Shown here one piece after another: positions 9,834-19,824 of a stretch of 40,565 bases of DNA. Position numbers and translations under genes: made by a program. Position 1 is the first letter of the stretch; each line of letters opens with the position of its first letter. The DNA comes from a virus (taxonomy: Duplodnaviria; Caudoviricetes): IMG/VR virus record IMGVR_UViG_3300030330_000807, positions 1 through 40,565 of that record; one strand, written 5' to 3'. The notes under the pieces were generated by a model that saw nothing but the letters and a program-made list of their open reading frames with translations, made no database searches and was not told the origin of the DNA.

Positions 9834-10749
9834 TACACCAATATCCTTAACGGCTGTTAGAGATTTTTTTGGATTAACTGGAAACATTAATTTAACAAAC
9901 TTACACAGAGGTGAAAGTAATATTATTAATGTTGGATCTACTTATGGATCGTCAACAGTAGGATCAGGAAGTAGTGTGACAACACCAGTTGGTAGTATTG
10001 GTTCTGGTAGTAATTATATGGTAAATGGTGGCAGTCATACACCACACACACTTTACCCATATGGTGGTGTTTGTCCTTCATTAAGTACAGCAAACACTGG
10101 AATAGCAGATGATGGAGAATCTATTAATTTAACTGATTATGTAGGTGCTTACAGAAAAGTAACCCCAACAGCAAGTTATGTAGGAAGCACTCCTGTAACT
10201 TCTCAAGGATCACATACAGGTCTGTACAGAGGTGTATCAAGTCCAATTGATAATCCAGTGGCTTATAAAAGTTGGTGTGGAATAAACTACGAAACATTAC
10301 ATAAAAATCCAAATATTTCAGGATTTGATGTAACTAGCTATTGTCAATTACTTACTATGCAATCAAATCAATATGATTCTTTTTCTACTGGTTCAATGAC
10401 TGTTAATTTTACATTATCTCATGCAGGTATTTATACTGTCCATGTGAGTGTAACTGGTAATGGTGGTAGTAATCATTTTGTTAATATATCAGGAACAGGA
10501 GTAAGCATTTTTGATCACGCAGGAGTACAACATACTGCTGGTCAAAATATTACTTTAAACGCTGGTTTGCCTGTAGCCTTTCATAGATTATTAGAATTGC
10601 ATCATACAAGTACATCATCAACAATAACACTTGTTTGTGGTGGTACTGGTGGTGCAGTTCAGACACAAATAAGAACAAACACAAATTATTTAAGAGCTAC
10701 AAACACAACTAATTACACAGTATACAACGATATGTTTACACAGAGTTAA
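9823..10749 (+). CDS. Putative tail-fibre tip / receptor-binding protein
   Basis: 308 aa, G/S/T/N-rich; N-terminal PISL..VR.FFG; overlaps the end of the S74 fibre gene. Confidence 0.5.
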   Translation: MALSTPISLTAVRDFFGLTGNINLTNLHRGESNIINVGSTYGSSTVGSGSSVTTPVGSIGSGSNYMVNGGSHTPHTLYPYGGVCPSLSTANTGIADDGESINLTDYVGAYRKVTPTASYVGSTPVTSQGSHTGLYRGVSSPIDNPVAYKSWCGINYETLHKNPNISGFDVTSYCQLLTMQSNQYDSFSTGSMTVNFTLSHAGIYTVHVSVTGNGGSNHFVNISGTGVSIFDHAGVQHTAGQNITLNAGLPVAFHRLLELHHTSTSSTITLVCGGTGGAVQTQIRTNTNYLRATNTTNYTVYNDMFTQS

Positions 10750-10752
10750 ATT

Positions 10753-10983
10753 ATGGAAATAAACCCTATACTATTTTGGAATGGAATACTTACAGTCGTA
10801 ATAGCTCCTGCTATATGGGTCTTTCGTGGTATGTTCATGGAGATAAAAAGACTTGACATACTATTAAATAAAACAAGAGAAGAGTACGCAAAGCGTGATG
10901 ACGTTAAAGAAGACATGCATACTGTAATGGATGCTCTTCAAAGATTAGAAGATAAATTAGATAAGATATTAATAGGTAAATAA
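10753..10983 (+). CDS. Small membrane protein with coiled coil (holin-like)
   Basis: One hydrophobic N-terminal segment, then TREEYAK...LQRLEDKLDKIL. Confidence 0.5.
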   Translation: MEINPILFWNGILTVVIAPAIWVFRGMFMEIKRLDILLNKTREEYAKRDDVKEDMHTVMDALQRLEDKLDKILIGK

Positions 10984-10985
10984 TT

Positions 10986-12683
10986 ATGGCAACTTTTAAA
11001 GCATTTAAACCTGAAGCGATGCAACGTATTGCACGTTCAATGGGTCACATGGGTGACATGAATCAGTTTGAAAACTTCTTAATGGCTAATCCTGATAAGA
11101 GTGCGATGATGAGAAACTATAATGCAAGAGCTATGCAGATGGCTGAAGGTGGTGTAGTTAAAAAGATGCAAGAAGGTGGTGATGTAGACCCACCTGCTGA
11201 TGCTCAAGATTTAGTTGGTGGACCACGTAACATCAAAGATTTACCAGAAGGTGGCATTGAAGGTGGAACTATTGGAGATGGAAAAACACCTTCTACCGAT
11301 CAAAATACACAAAGCATTATGGATTATACTATTGACCAAATACAAAAGCCAAAAGCAGGAGAGGGTACAACAATAGACCCTAGTAAAATAGACGAAAAAG
11401 ATGATCAATTTATTGGAGATGATAAAGGACAAATTGAAACAGACAAACCAAAAGTAGAAGTAACAAAAGGTAAAACTACAACAGCAGATGATCCAGTAAA
11501 AGTAGAAGCAGAAACATATGATCCAACAAAAGTTGGTGATGCACCTAAAGCTGAAGCAAAGACAACACAAGTAACTGACGACATGTTAGTGAAAGCTGCT
11601 CAAGGAGATATGTCACCTGAAGAGTTAGCAACATATGATGCGGCTCTAAAAGCAGGACAAGCTGAAGTACAAAAGAAAGCTACTGTACAAGGTCAGTTAG
11701 AAATGTTGAGTGCTCAGGCTGAAGATGGACAGATACCATCATATGCTACAGCGGCAGTAAGATCAGCTATGAATGCTATGGCAGCTCGTGGGTTAGGTGC
11801 TAGTAGCATGGCTAGTGGTGCAGTATTTAACGCAATATTAGAATCACAATTACCTATAGCAAAAGCAGATGCAGATACATTTGCAGAGTATGGCTTAGCT
11901 AATGCATCAAATGCACAACAAGCTATTCTGTCAAAAGCCGCGGCTTTGTCCTCACTTAATATAGCAAATTTAAATAACAGACAACAAGCGGCAGTAGAAA
12001 ACTCTAAGAGATTTTTACAGGTTGATCTTGCTAACTTTGAAGCCGCCCAACAAACAGAGTTGTTTAACACAAAAGCACAACAAGATTTTATGTTGTCAGA
12101 TCAAGCTGCTGATAATGCGGCTAAACAATTTAATGCTACATCAAAGATGCAGACAGATCAGTTTATGGCTAATCTTGCAAACAACATATCACAATTTAAT
12201 ACCTCACAAACAAATGCTATGGAAAAGTTTAATACAGGTGAGACAAATGCAATGGCTAAATTTAATCAACAAATAGAAGATCAGCGTGAACAGTTTAATG
12301 CACAAAATCAATTAGTCATAGAACAATTTAATAAGAAATGGAAACAACAAATAGCAACTACGGATAATGCATCGCAGAACTTTGCAAACGAGTTTAATGC
12401 AAAAGCATTGCTAGATATATCAAATACAGCGTATAATAATATGTGGTCACACATGAGTGATTTGATGGAGTGGGCATGGACAAGTGGCGAAAGTGGCAAA
12501 GATAGATTGCACGAACTTACACTTGCAGAAATTGATGCTAAACTACAACTAGAATTAAAACATTTAGATTTATCTGCTGAAGCAAGTGGTGCAATAGGTG
12601 GTTTTATTATGGACTTGTTTACAAGTAAAATAGGTGGATCAATAGCAGGTAAAATGTTTGGTATACCTGTAGTTCCAGAATAA
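10986..12683 (+). CDS. Internal virion (ejection) protein
   Basis: 565 aa; A/Q/N-rich helical region with QFNA repeats and a Gly-rich C-terminus; two MxEGGxV motifs near the N-terminus. Confidence 0.6.
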   Translation: MATFKAFKPEAMQRIARSMGHMGDMNQFENFLMANPDKSAMMRNYNARAMQMAEGGVVKKMQEGGDVDPPADAQDLVGGPRNIKDLPEGGIEGGTIGDGKTPSTDQNTQSIMDYTIDQIQKPKAGEGTTIDPSKIDEKDDQFIGDDKGQIETDKPKVEVTKGKTTTADDPVKVEAETYDPTKVGDAPKAEAKTTQVTDDMLVKAAQGDMSPEELATYDAALKAGQAEVQKKATVQGQLEMLSAQAEDGQIPSYATAAVRSAMNAMAARGLGASSMASGAVFNAILESQLPIAKADADTFAEYGLANASNAQQAILSKAAALSSLNIANLNNRQQAAVENSKRFLQVDLANFEAAQQTELFNTKAQQDFMLSDQAADNAAKQFNATSKMQTDQFMANLANNISQFNTSQTNAMEKFNTGETNAMAKFNQQIEDQREQFNAQNQLVIEQFNKKWKQQIATTDNASQNFANEFNAKALLDISNTAYNNMWSHMSDLMEWAWTSGESGKDRLHELTLAEIDAKLQLELKHLDLSAEASGAIGGFIMDLFTSKIGGSIAGKMFGIPVVPE

Positions 12684-12697
12684 CGTAGGAGAAAACA

Positions 12698-12955
12698 ATG
12701 AGTACATTAGGAAAAACAAAAGCAGCAGAGATAGCATACGCAAGAATACAGCTATTAAAAGAACAGATGAAACAAACAGATTTTAATCCTGCTGATAACT
12801 ACAAAGGAACATTGATGCAAAGACCACAACAAAGAATTATAAAAAGAACACAAGAGTTACAGTCAAACAGAGAACAACAAGAAATAATGAGAGTAGCCGA
12901 AATGGCAAAAAGAATAGAAGAAGGGTTTAAAACAAATGCAAAAACAAAGGTTTAG
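12698..12955 (+). CDS. Hypothetical protein (virion module)
   Basis: 85-aa ORF with RBS AGGAG. Confidence 0.6.
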   Translation: MSTLGKTKAAEIAYARIQLLKEQMKQTDFNPADNYKGTLMQRPQQRIIKRTQELQSNREQQEIMRVAEMAKRIEEGFKTNAKTKV

Positions 12956-13415
12956 AGCACCTGTTCCGGGACAGGGAATGACAGCAGGTTTAAATAGTAG
13001 ACCTTGGTTAAATCCCCCTCGTTTTAATACAGTAGAAGAAGGTTTAGAATTTTATCTTGAGATGTTATCAACTCAAGAAAAGTCAACTAATTTATTTAGT
13101 GTAGTAAAAACAGGACTACCACTAACTATCATAGCAGAGTCTATGACAACAGGTGGTGTTATGGAAGGATTGCATAGTGTTGATGTTGGATTATTACTTA
13201 ATCCTTTACTTGTAGAGTTTATAAAAGGTATGTGTGATGTTGCAAAAGTAGAGTATACACTAGATACAAGTGTGCCTGAAAAAGATAGAGTTAATATGAG
13301 AGCTATAAAAGAAGTTATGGAAGAAGAGCTAAAAGAAAAAGAACCTGAAATTAAACAAGCAGGTGAGCAAGTAAAAAAACAAGCAGGTTTAATGGCTAAG
13401 AGGGAGATACAGTAA
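12936..13415 (+). CDS. Hypothetical virion-module protein
   Basis: 159 aa; APVPGQGMT...RPWLNPP motif; coupled to neighbours. Confidence 0.6.
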   Translation: MQKQRFRAPVPGQGMTAGLNSRPWLNPPRFNTVEEGLEFYLEMLSTQEKSTNLFSVVKTGLPLTIIAESMTTGGVMEGLHSVDVGLLLNPLLVEFIKGMCDVAKVEYTLDTSVPEKDRVNMRAIKEVMEEELKEKEPEIKQAGEQVKKQAGLMAKREIQ

Positions 13416-15730
13416 TGGGTTTTAAGTTTATGGTAGGACAGGCATTTGGTGGTGCCGCAAAAAGAGGATCAGAAAGACTAGCTGAGCTAGAAGGAAGAGC
13501 TAACACTATTATTGATAGAGCAACTGAAAGATTTATGAACAAGCATGATGATTGGGATAGACAATTTCAGTTAGACAAAAGAAAATATCAAGATGCCTAT
13601 AATAAACTAAAAGGATTAGACCTTGACTTAGATGATGGTCAGATAGAAATGATTTTATTAGGTGGTCCAGATGGTGCTACAGAATTTATTGAAGCATACA
13701 AAGAAGATAAAACTAGGGCACAGTATGATTATTTAAAAAGTGAACCTAAGATGATATCTATGGAAGCAGGTAGATTTACTCCTTTAGAAAAACCTAAGTT
13801 TGAGTATGGTGAAACAAACAAACTAGATTTTATAAAGAAAACATTTCAAAGAAGTGATGACTATCTTGCGGCAAAAGAGAAAGATGATTTTGATGCTCAA
13901 GCATTTGTAGGTCTTGGTATTAAAAAAGCATCTAGTGCTTATGCTCAAGGTTTAAATCCGTATCCTGATATGGATAAACAAATACAGGCATACTCACAAA
14001 CTGAAGCAGGTAAGTACCAAACACTTGGTGGCTTTGATATACCAGCTTCTTTCATACAAAGTGGTGTAAGAAGTCAGTTAATAGGTTTAAATATAATTAA
14101 ACCTGATCAAGTAGAAAAACAGCTAGGTGAGGGTACAGGTTGGAAAGCTCCAAGCTATGATGCTATTCCTACTGATGTATTGATTGCTATGGAAGCAAGT
14201 ATTGCACAACAAGAAACAGAAAAATTAAATCAAAAAGTACAGAGAATGAATATAAAACATAGAGAAATTATGCATCCTTTAGAATTAAAAAAAGTTTTAG
14301 GAGATGTTAGTCAGCAAGAAATTGATAAACAGATTTCTAATATTGATCTTAAACTTAAACAAAAAGATTTAAAGAATGCAGATGTAATAGCTGACTTAGT
14401 TTTAAGAGAACAAAAAGCCAACACAAAATTTGCAGAGGATAGATTAAATGATGTAGACATAGACCGAGAAATAAATGAAGCAGGTGTAGCCTATGCAGTT
14501 ATTAAAAATAAATTGTTAAAAGCAACAGACCCAGCACAGATAAGTATATTAACATCTCAACTAGAAGAAGCAGACAGGGTATATCAAAATTTTACTGCTC
14601 TTAAAGTAGCTAAGAACCTTGCAACACAAGACCCAGTTACAGGTCTACGAAACATACTTTTATTACAAAATGAAATAGAAACACGTTTAAAAGTTCGTTA
14701 TGGTTTTGGTCAAGAAGATGTGACAACAGGTGGAGACGTTTCAGGTGATATTAGGATTGGTGGCACTACAACCACTACAAAATTTTTTACTAGAAATGTA
14801 GATGGAGTAGAGAAAAAAATATATGAAGGAACTCCTGAATTTACACAAATACAACAACAAATACAAAATGAAGCAATGAGTTTCTTGATAAAATCTTATG
14901 GAAATATAGCTGATGATGGCACATATACACCAAAAATACCTAATCAAGCATATGATGATTACTTTAACATAACTAGAAATTATATTTCTAATATGAATGA
15001 ATTAGAAACTATGGAAATTTCATCAATGAATCAAAGTGAAACATCAGAAATTAACCAAGAAAATTTTAATCTTATTATAAAAGCAATTAAGGGTGGAGAA
15101 ACTAGAGATAATATAATTAATTCTATAACAACAGACTTTGGAGTGTCTTCTCGTGAGGAAGCAAATAAATATTATAGACTAGCAGTTGACGCTAGTAGAA
15201 AGACAAGAGAAGCAGAAGAAGGTGATAGGGTTGCTGCAATAAGTACACAAATTGTACCTGATGAGTTTTTCATCTATCCTAAAGGTGGAAAAGACGCTTA
15301 CGAATTAACTAAACCAGAAAATTTAAGTGCAACTTCGTCTGTTCTTACAAAAGTTACACCACAATCTTTAACTCAAAATGATATTGATAATTTCTTAGCA
15401 AACAATCAATACTCTATTGATAGAAGATTATTTAACATGATTGATAAAGGTCTTGATCCAAGTAAATATTCAATAGAAGATTTTAACTTGTTTAATAGTG
15501 ATATTAATCAGTTTATACAAAAATATCCTGATGCAGATATTATTCAAACTGGAAGAGCTCAAGATTATGGTAGGCTACAAAGACCATCAATTATAAATGT
15601 ACCAGAAGAACAAAAACAAAAAATGAGATTTAAATTAATAAAAGAGTTTTTATCATTAAGTAATTCAGAGAGAGTGATAAGAATGAGTAAGAATTTATTA
15701 ACAAGAAAAGATACAGGCTTTGAACAATAA
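13415..15730 (+). CDS. Putative internal virion protein
   Basis: 771 aa, helical and charged; Gly-rich N-terminus (GQAFGGAA); position typical of ejection proteins. Confidence 0.55.
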   Translation: MGFKFMVGQAFGGAAKRGSERLAELEGRANTIIDRATERFMNKHDDWDRQFQLDKRKYQDAYNKLKGLDLDLDDGQIEMILLGGPDGATEFIEAYKEDKTRAQYDYLKSEPKMISMEAGRFTPLEKPKFEYGETNKLDFIKKTFQRSDDYLAAKEKDDFDAQAFVGLGIKKASSAYAQGLNPYPDMDKQIQAYSQTEAGKYQTLGGFDIPASFIQSGVRSQLIGLNIIKPDQVEKQLGEGTGWKAPSYDAIPTDVLIAMEASIAQQETEKLNQKVQRMNIKHREIMHPLELKKVLGDVSQQEIDKQISNIDLKLKQKDLKNADVIADLVLREQKANTKFAEDRLNDVDIDREINEAGVAYAVIKNKLLKATDPAQISILTSQLEEADRVYQNFTALKVAKNLATQDPVTGLRNILLLQNEIETRLKVRYGFGQEDVTTGGDVSGDIRIGGTTTTTKFFTRNVDGVEKKIYEGTPEFTQIQQQIQNEAMSFLIKSYGNIADDGTYTPKIPNQAYDDYFNITRNYISNMNELETMEISSMNQSETSEINQENFNLIIKAIKGGETRDNIINSITTDFGVSSREEANKYYRLAVDASRKTREAEEGDRVAAISTQIVPDEFFIYPKGGKDAYELTKPENLSATSSVLTKVTPQSLTQNDIDNFLANNQYSIDRRLFNMIDKGLDPSKYSIEDFNLFNSDINQFIQKYPDADIIQTGRAQDYGRLQRPSIINVPEEQKQKMRFKLIKEFLSLSNSERVIRMSKNLLTRKDTGFEQ

Positions 15731-18700
15731 TGAGTATATTTGATAAGTACAGAAGTAATGCACAACAGGCAGTAAGCACAGGTTCTATATTTGATAAATA
15801 TAAAAAAACAACTACAATTCCTACTGTAAGATCAACGTATGAAGATACAACACCTGACTTGTTTACAATACAAGATTTTGCCAATGATCCTGATAAAATG
15901 GATACATTGCGAGAGTACATGCCTAAGAGATTAGGAGAGAGTGGCTTACAACAAGCAGACGAAAGCGATGAAGATTATGTAAAAAGATTTATTACACACG
16001 CAAGAAGGTTTGAAACAAACAGTATATCCATAGCAGGTCAGATTGATTATTTAAGAAAAGCAAAAGAAGATGACCGAAGAAAGTTTGGTAAGTTGTATAA
16101 TTATTATGAACAACTTCCAAGTGCAGGACAACAGGGTGGTGACACTGTAGGAAGAGCAACTAAAGATTATTTAAAAGCCGCCATACTTGATCCAATAAAC
16201 TTACTAGGTGTTGGAATAGTAGGAAGAGCAGGTTTAAAGTTTGGCACTGCACTTGTAGGTAAGAATGCTGTGCGTGAAGGAATAAAATTAATGCTTCCAA
16301 AAACACAAGCATCAAAACAATTATTAACAGGTGCAGTTACAGGTGGAGCTTTTGGTGCAGGTTATAATCTTGCTAGTCAAGACATAAGAAGAAAAGCATA
16401 CATGGATGGTAAAACACCTGAATCAAATATAGAGTTAATGGATGTTGCCTTTGATTCTATAATAGGTGCAGGTGTAGGTACAGCAGTAGCAGGTGCTTTG
16501 CCTGTTATAGGTGCAGGTATACAAAAAGCAGATGAAGGTGCTAGAAAATTATTTGGATTTAAAAAGTCGGAGTTAGATTTTTTAAAGAAAGTAGATGAAG
16601 AAGATGCAATAGTTACTGATCCTGTTGAAGGTCCTGCTATTACACAAGATCAACTAAATGAAGCACAAGAAAGAATTAATTTAGCAAGACAAAGATTAAA
16701 TCCTGAACAGGCAAAAGAAAAACTTGATGAACAAATTATAACTAAACAAGAAATACTTAGACAGCCACCAATTGTAGATGCTAAAGTAATGGTTGAATTG
16801 TCAAGAAAGGTTGCTAAAATTGTAGAGAATATAACTGAAGAAGAAAAAGCAGCAGGAAAATCAATAACACTTATATCAGACGCTAACAAGAATAAAAAAA
16901 TTAGTGATGCAGTAACTGATATAATAAACAACATAGACAATATTGATGAAGATGTTTTACAAGCAGCGTTAAGAAGAGAAAATATAACGGAGAATCAGTT
17001 CTTAGATTTTATGTCTACAGTGGATGACTTTGCTTCTATGGAAAACTACACAATGAGTGAAGCAGGTAGAACACTACAATCAAAAAGTAATCTTGGAAAA
17101 TTAAGAAATAAATTATTGTCTCTTGATCCTGAATTAAAAGATAAATTAAATAAATTGTATGGAGAAACAGACGAAGTTACTAGTGCTGCAGGACACGGCT
17201 ATAATTTACTAAAAAGAATAGATAGAGAAAGAAGAGCATTAATGGTTACACAACTTGCTACTACAGCAAGAAACGTAGCTACAGGTTTAACTGTTGTATC
17301 TTTTGAGACTATGGCAAATACAATGGAAGCTACTTTATACCATTTTGGTAGAGCATTTAAACATATGTATAGAGGTGGTAATTTTTCTCCTGAAGGTATC
17401 AATACAGGATTTAAAGATTGGATATCTGATAGTTTTGGTTTGGCTTATGGTTTTGTAAGACAGGGAATGAGTGATGATATATCACAATTTTTATTACAAA
17501 ACAACCCAAGACTTAACAAAATTATGTTTCGTACTATTGGAGAAGTAGGAGAAGACTCACAACAGTTAACACAATTTGCACAGTATGCAAATATATTAAA
17601 CTTAGCACAGGATGCGATGTTTAGAAGAGCTTTCTTTGCTGACCATATAACAAGAAAACTTAGAAGAGCAGGTGTTAAACTAGAAGATTTAGCAGTAGAC
17701 GGCACAAGTGTATTTGGTAAAAAGGGTGGCAGTAAAGTTGAAGCAAAGCTATTAAAAGAAGGCATGGAGTATGCACTTAAAAATACATTTGCTTTACATC
17801 CAAGAAAAGGAGATGCCGCATATCACTTTGTAAAGTTTGTAGAAAGATTTCCGGGTATGCCTATTATTGGTACAGGGCAATTTCCGTTTGCACGATTTAT
17901 GGCTAACGCATTATCGTTTCAATTAAAATATAGTCCTCTTAATATGGCATATGGTGCATTTCAAGGTGCTATTCAAGGTGGTGCAAAAGCTATAGGAAAA
18001 GCTACAACAGAACAAGCAAAGCAAGAAGCTCGTGAAAATTTTTCAAAAGGTTTGATTGGAACTGCAGCATTAATGACTGCCGTATATTATCGTGCTAAGA
18101 ACCAAGATACTGAATGGTATTATCTTAAAGCACCTGATGGAAGAAAAATAGATATGAGACCTTTCTTTCCTGCTGCTCCTTATATGATTGTTGCTGACTT
18201 TATAGTAAAACGTGGCAACAACGACTTAGATAAATTAAAAATGAAAGATTATATAGATGGGTTTACAGGTGCTCAATTTAGAGCAGGTGCAGCATCCTAT
18301 ACTGTAGATAAGTTTTTTGAAATGATGCAATCTGAAGGTGGTTTTGAATCTGTAGGTCAAGAAAAACTAGGTGAGATAATAGGTGGATATGTAGGAGATG
18401 TAACAGCAGGATTTGGAACACCTGCAAGAGTTGTTAAAGATATTGTTGCAGCCTTTGATGAAGAAGAAGCAATAGTAAGAGACTCTAGTTCTATTGATGG
18501 AACAGGCATGAGAGAACGTGCAGTAAATGCTTTTTTAGCAAAGCTATATAAAAATGCTCCTGTTCTATCTAAGAAACTTCCTGAACTTGAATCTCCAACT
18601 AGAGAGGATAAGATATTAACACAGTCTCCATTCTTAGGACAGGTTATAGGTTTACGTTTTCAAGAGAGAGATAATCCTGTAGAGAAAGAGATAACAAAAG

Positions 18701-19098
18701 CAGGAATAAAAAATTGGCAGGTGCTTCCATCAACAGGAGATAAAGAAGCAGATAGGTTAATTAAAAAAGAATTAGGATCAATAGTAGAGTTTCATCTAGG
18801 AGCTATTGTTAAATCAGATTTTTATAAACAAAAGAAAAAAATAAATAAAGAAGTATTTATAAGAAAGTATTTACAAAAACTAAGAAAGTTTGCAAAAGAG
18901 ATTGCCCTTGCTAAGTATGTTAACAAGGACAAACCTTACACTCCTTTTGATAGAGCTAGATGGGCTAAACAAACAAGACGAGTTAGAAAATTAGCTAATC
19001 AATACTACAATGAATATAAAGGTGGTGCTACTGTAGAAAGTCTAGGAGAATATAGATTAGGAACAGAGATAGGGCTATACCTACAACGTCTAGAGTAA
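15730..19098 (+). CDS. Large internal virion (ejection) protein
   Basis: 1122 aa; last gene of the structural arm; Gly/Ala-rich hydrophobic stretches (DPINLLGVG, GAGVGTAVAGA). Confidence 0.65.
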   Translation: MSIFDKYRSNAQQAVSTGSIFDKYKKTTTIPTVRSTYEDTTPDLFTIQDFANDPDKMDTLREYMPKRLGESGLQQADESDEDYVKRFITHARRFETNSISIAGQIDYLRKAKEDDRRKFGKLYNYYEQLPSAGQQGGDTVGRATKDYLKAAILDPINLLGVGIVGRAGLKFGTALVGKNAVREGIKLMLPKTQASKQLLTGAVTGGAFGAGYNLASQDIRRKAYMDGKTPESNIELMDVAFDSIIGAGVGTAVAGALPVIGAGIQKADEGARKLFGFKKSELDFLKKVDEEDAIVTDPVEGPAITQDQLNEAQERINLARQRLNPEQAKEKLDEQIITKQEILRQPPIVDAKVMVELSRKVAKIVENITEEEKAAGKSITLISDANKNKKISDAVTDIINNIDNIDEDVLQAALRRENITENQFLDFMSTVDDFASMENYTMSEAGRTLQSKSNLGKLRNKLLSLDPELKDKLNKLYGETDEVTSAAGHGYNLLKRIDRERRALMVTQLATTARNVATGLTVVSFETMANTMEATLYHFGRAFKHMYRGGNFSPEGINTGFKDWISDSFGLAYGFVRQGMSDDISQFLLQNNPRLNKIMFRTIGEVGEDSQQLTQFAQYANILNLAQDAMFRRAFFADHITRKLRRAGVKLEDLAVDGTSVFGKKGGSKVEAKLLKEGMEYALKNTFALHPRKGDAAYHFVKFVERFPGMPIIGTGQFPFARFMANALSFQLKYSPLNMAYGAFQGAIQGGAKAIGKATTEQAKQEARENFSKGLIGTAALMTAVYYRAKNQDTEWYYLKAPDGRKIDMRPFFPAAPYMIVADFIVKRGNNDLDKLKMKDYIDGFTGAQFRAGAASYTVDKFFEMMQSEGGFESVGQEKLGEIIGGYVGDVTAGFGTPARVVKDIVAAFDEEEAIVRDSSSIDGTGMRERAVNAFLAKLYKNAPVLSKKLPELESPTREDKILTQSPFLGQVIGLRFQERDNPVEKEITKAGIKNWQVLPSTGDKEADRLIKKELGSIVEFHLGAIVKSDFYKQKKKINKEVFIRKYLQKLRKFAKEIALAKYVNKDKPYTPFDRARWAKQTRRVRKLANQYYNEYKGGATVESLGEYRLGTEIGLYLQRLE

Positions 19099-19461
19099 CT
19101 ATCTTCTATCTCCACTACCACCTAATACACCACGTTTCTTTCTATCATTTAGCTTGTCAAGATTAGATTGCATTATAGCACCTAAGTCTAACTTTAAATG
19201 GTCAGCTAACATAGCACAGTACCATAACACATCCCCAATCTCACCACCAAGATCGTGATCTTTTTTATTGTCACGTATAACCTTCTTAGCTTTATTGGCT
19301 ATCTCACCTGCTTCACCCACCAAACCCAAACACAAATACTCAAGAGCTTTATCTTTAGGAAAGATAGCTGTCTCTTTTGCTTTCAGTTGATAGTCTGAAG
19401 CTACTAATAAACATCTGTTCTTATTATGCATGAACTGTTTTGCTTCCTCTTCTAGATTCAT
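19099..19461 (-). CDS. mazG: MazG-like nucleotide pyrophosphohydrolase
   Basis: LGLVGEAGEIANKAKK...EIGDVLWY...NLDKL..RK.RGVLGGSGD.R; likely start MNLEEE at 19461. Confidence 0.9.
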   Translation of the reverse strand: MNLEEEAKQFMHNKNRCLLVASDYQLKAKETAIFPKDKALEYLCLGLVGEAGEIANKAKKVIRDNKKDHDLGGEIGDVLWYCAMLADHLKLDLGAIMQSNLDKLNDRKKRGVLGGSGDRR

Positions 19462-19666
19462 AATTCTTAACCTTCTTAATGTTTTGTGCAAATGCAGAGT
19501 TAAATCCACGTAACCACTCTCTATACTGCATTGAGTTAGAATTATAAGGTGGCATTAAAAGTTTACCATTGTAATCTGTACCTCTAAAGAAAGCACTTCT
19601 GCCTTTATCAAACTGTATTCGCAGAGGTGCATCATATTTTTTTAAACCATGTCTACGTTTTAGCAT
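19424..19666 (-). CDS. Small basic protein with an Rmf-like motif
   Basis: G.SAF..G...PPY.....REWLRGF pattern resembles ribosome modulation factor; RBS GAGGAG. Confidence 0.55.
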   Translation of the reverse strand: MLKRRHGLKKYDAPLRIQFDKGRSAFFRGTDYNGKLLMPPYNSNSMQYREWLRGFNSAFAQNIKKVKNYESRRGSKTVHA

Positions 19667-19811
19667 TCTTCATCTCCTCTATCTGTTTTTTAAGTGCAGT
19701 ATTTTCTTGCATTAAAGTATTAAATATATTTAACAGCTTCATCTTTTCAGACGAGCCTATGATCAACTCTTGTACTTCCAAAGCTGTCATTGGTTTTGTT
19801 TCTTCAGTCAT
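19653..19811 (-). CDS. Hypothetical coiled-coil protein (52 aa, not in ORF track)
   Basis: Own translation MTEETKPMTALEVQELIIGSSEKMKLLNIFNTLMQENTALKKQIEEMKNAKT; RBS AAGGAG; fills the gap after nrdJ. Confidence 0.65.
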   Translation of the reverse strand: MTEETKPMTALEVQELIIGSSEKMKLLNIFNTLMQENTALKKQIEEMKNAKT

Positions 19812-19824
19812 AATATTCTCCTTT

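Noticed and set aside
353-10749. Diversity-generating retroelement acting on tail fibres
   Set aside because: No reverse transcriptase in the window, and I noticed no template/variable repeat pair differing at adenines.
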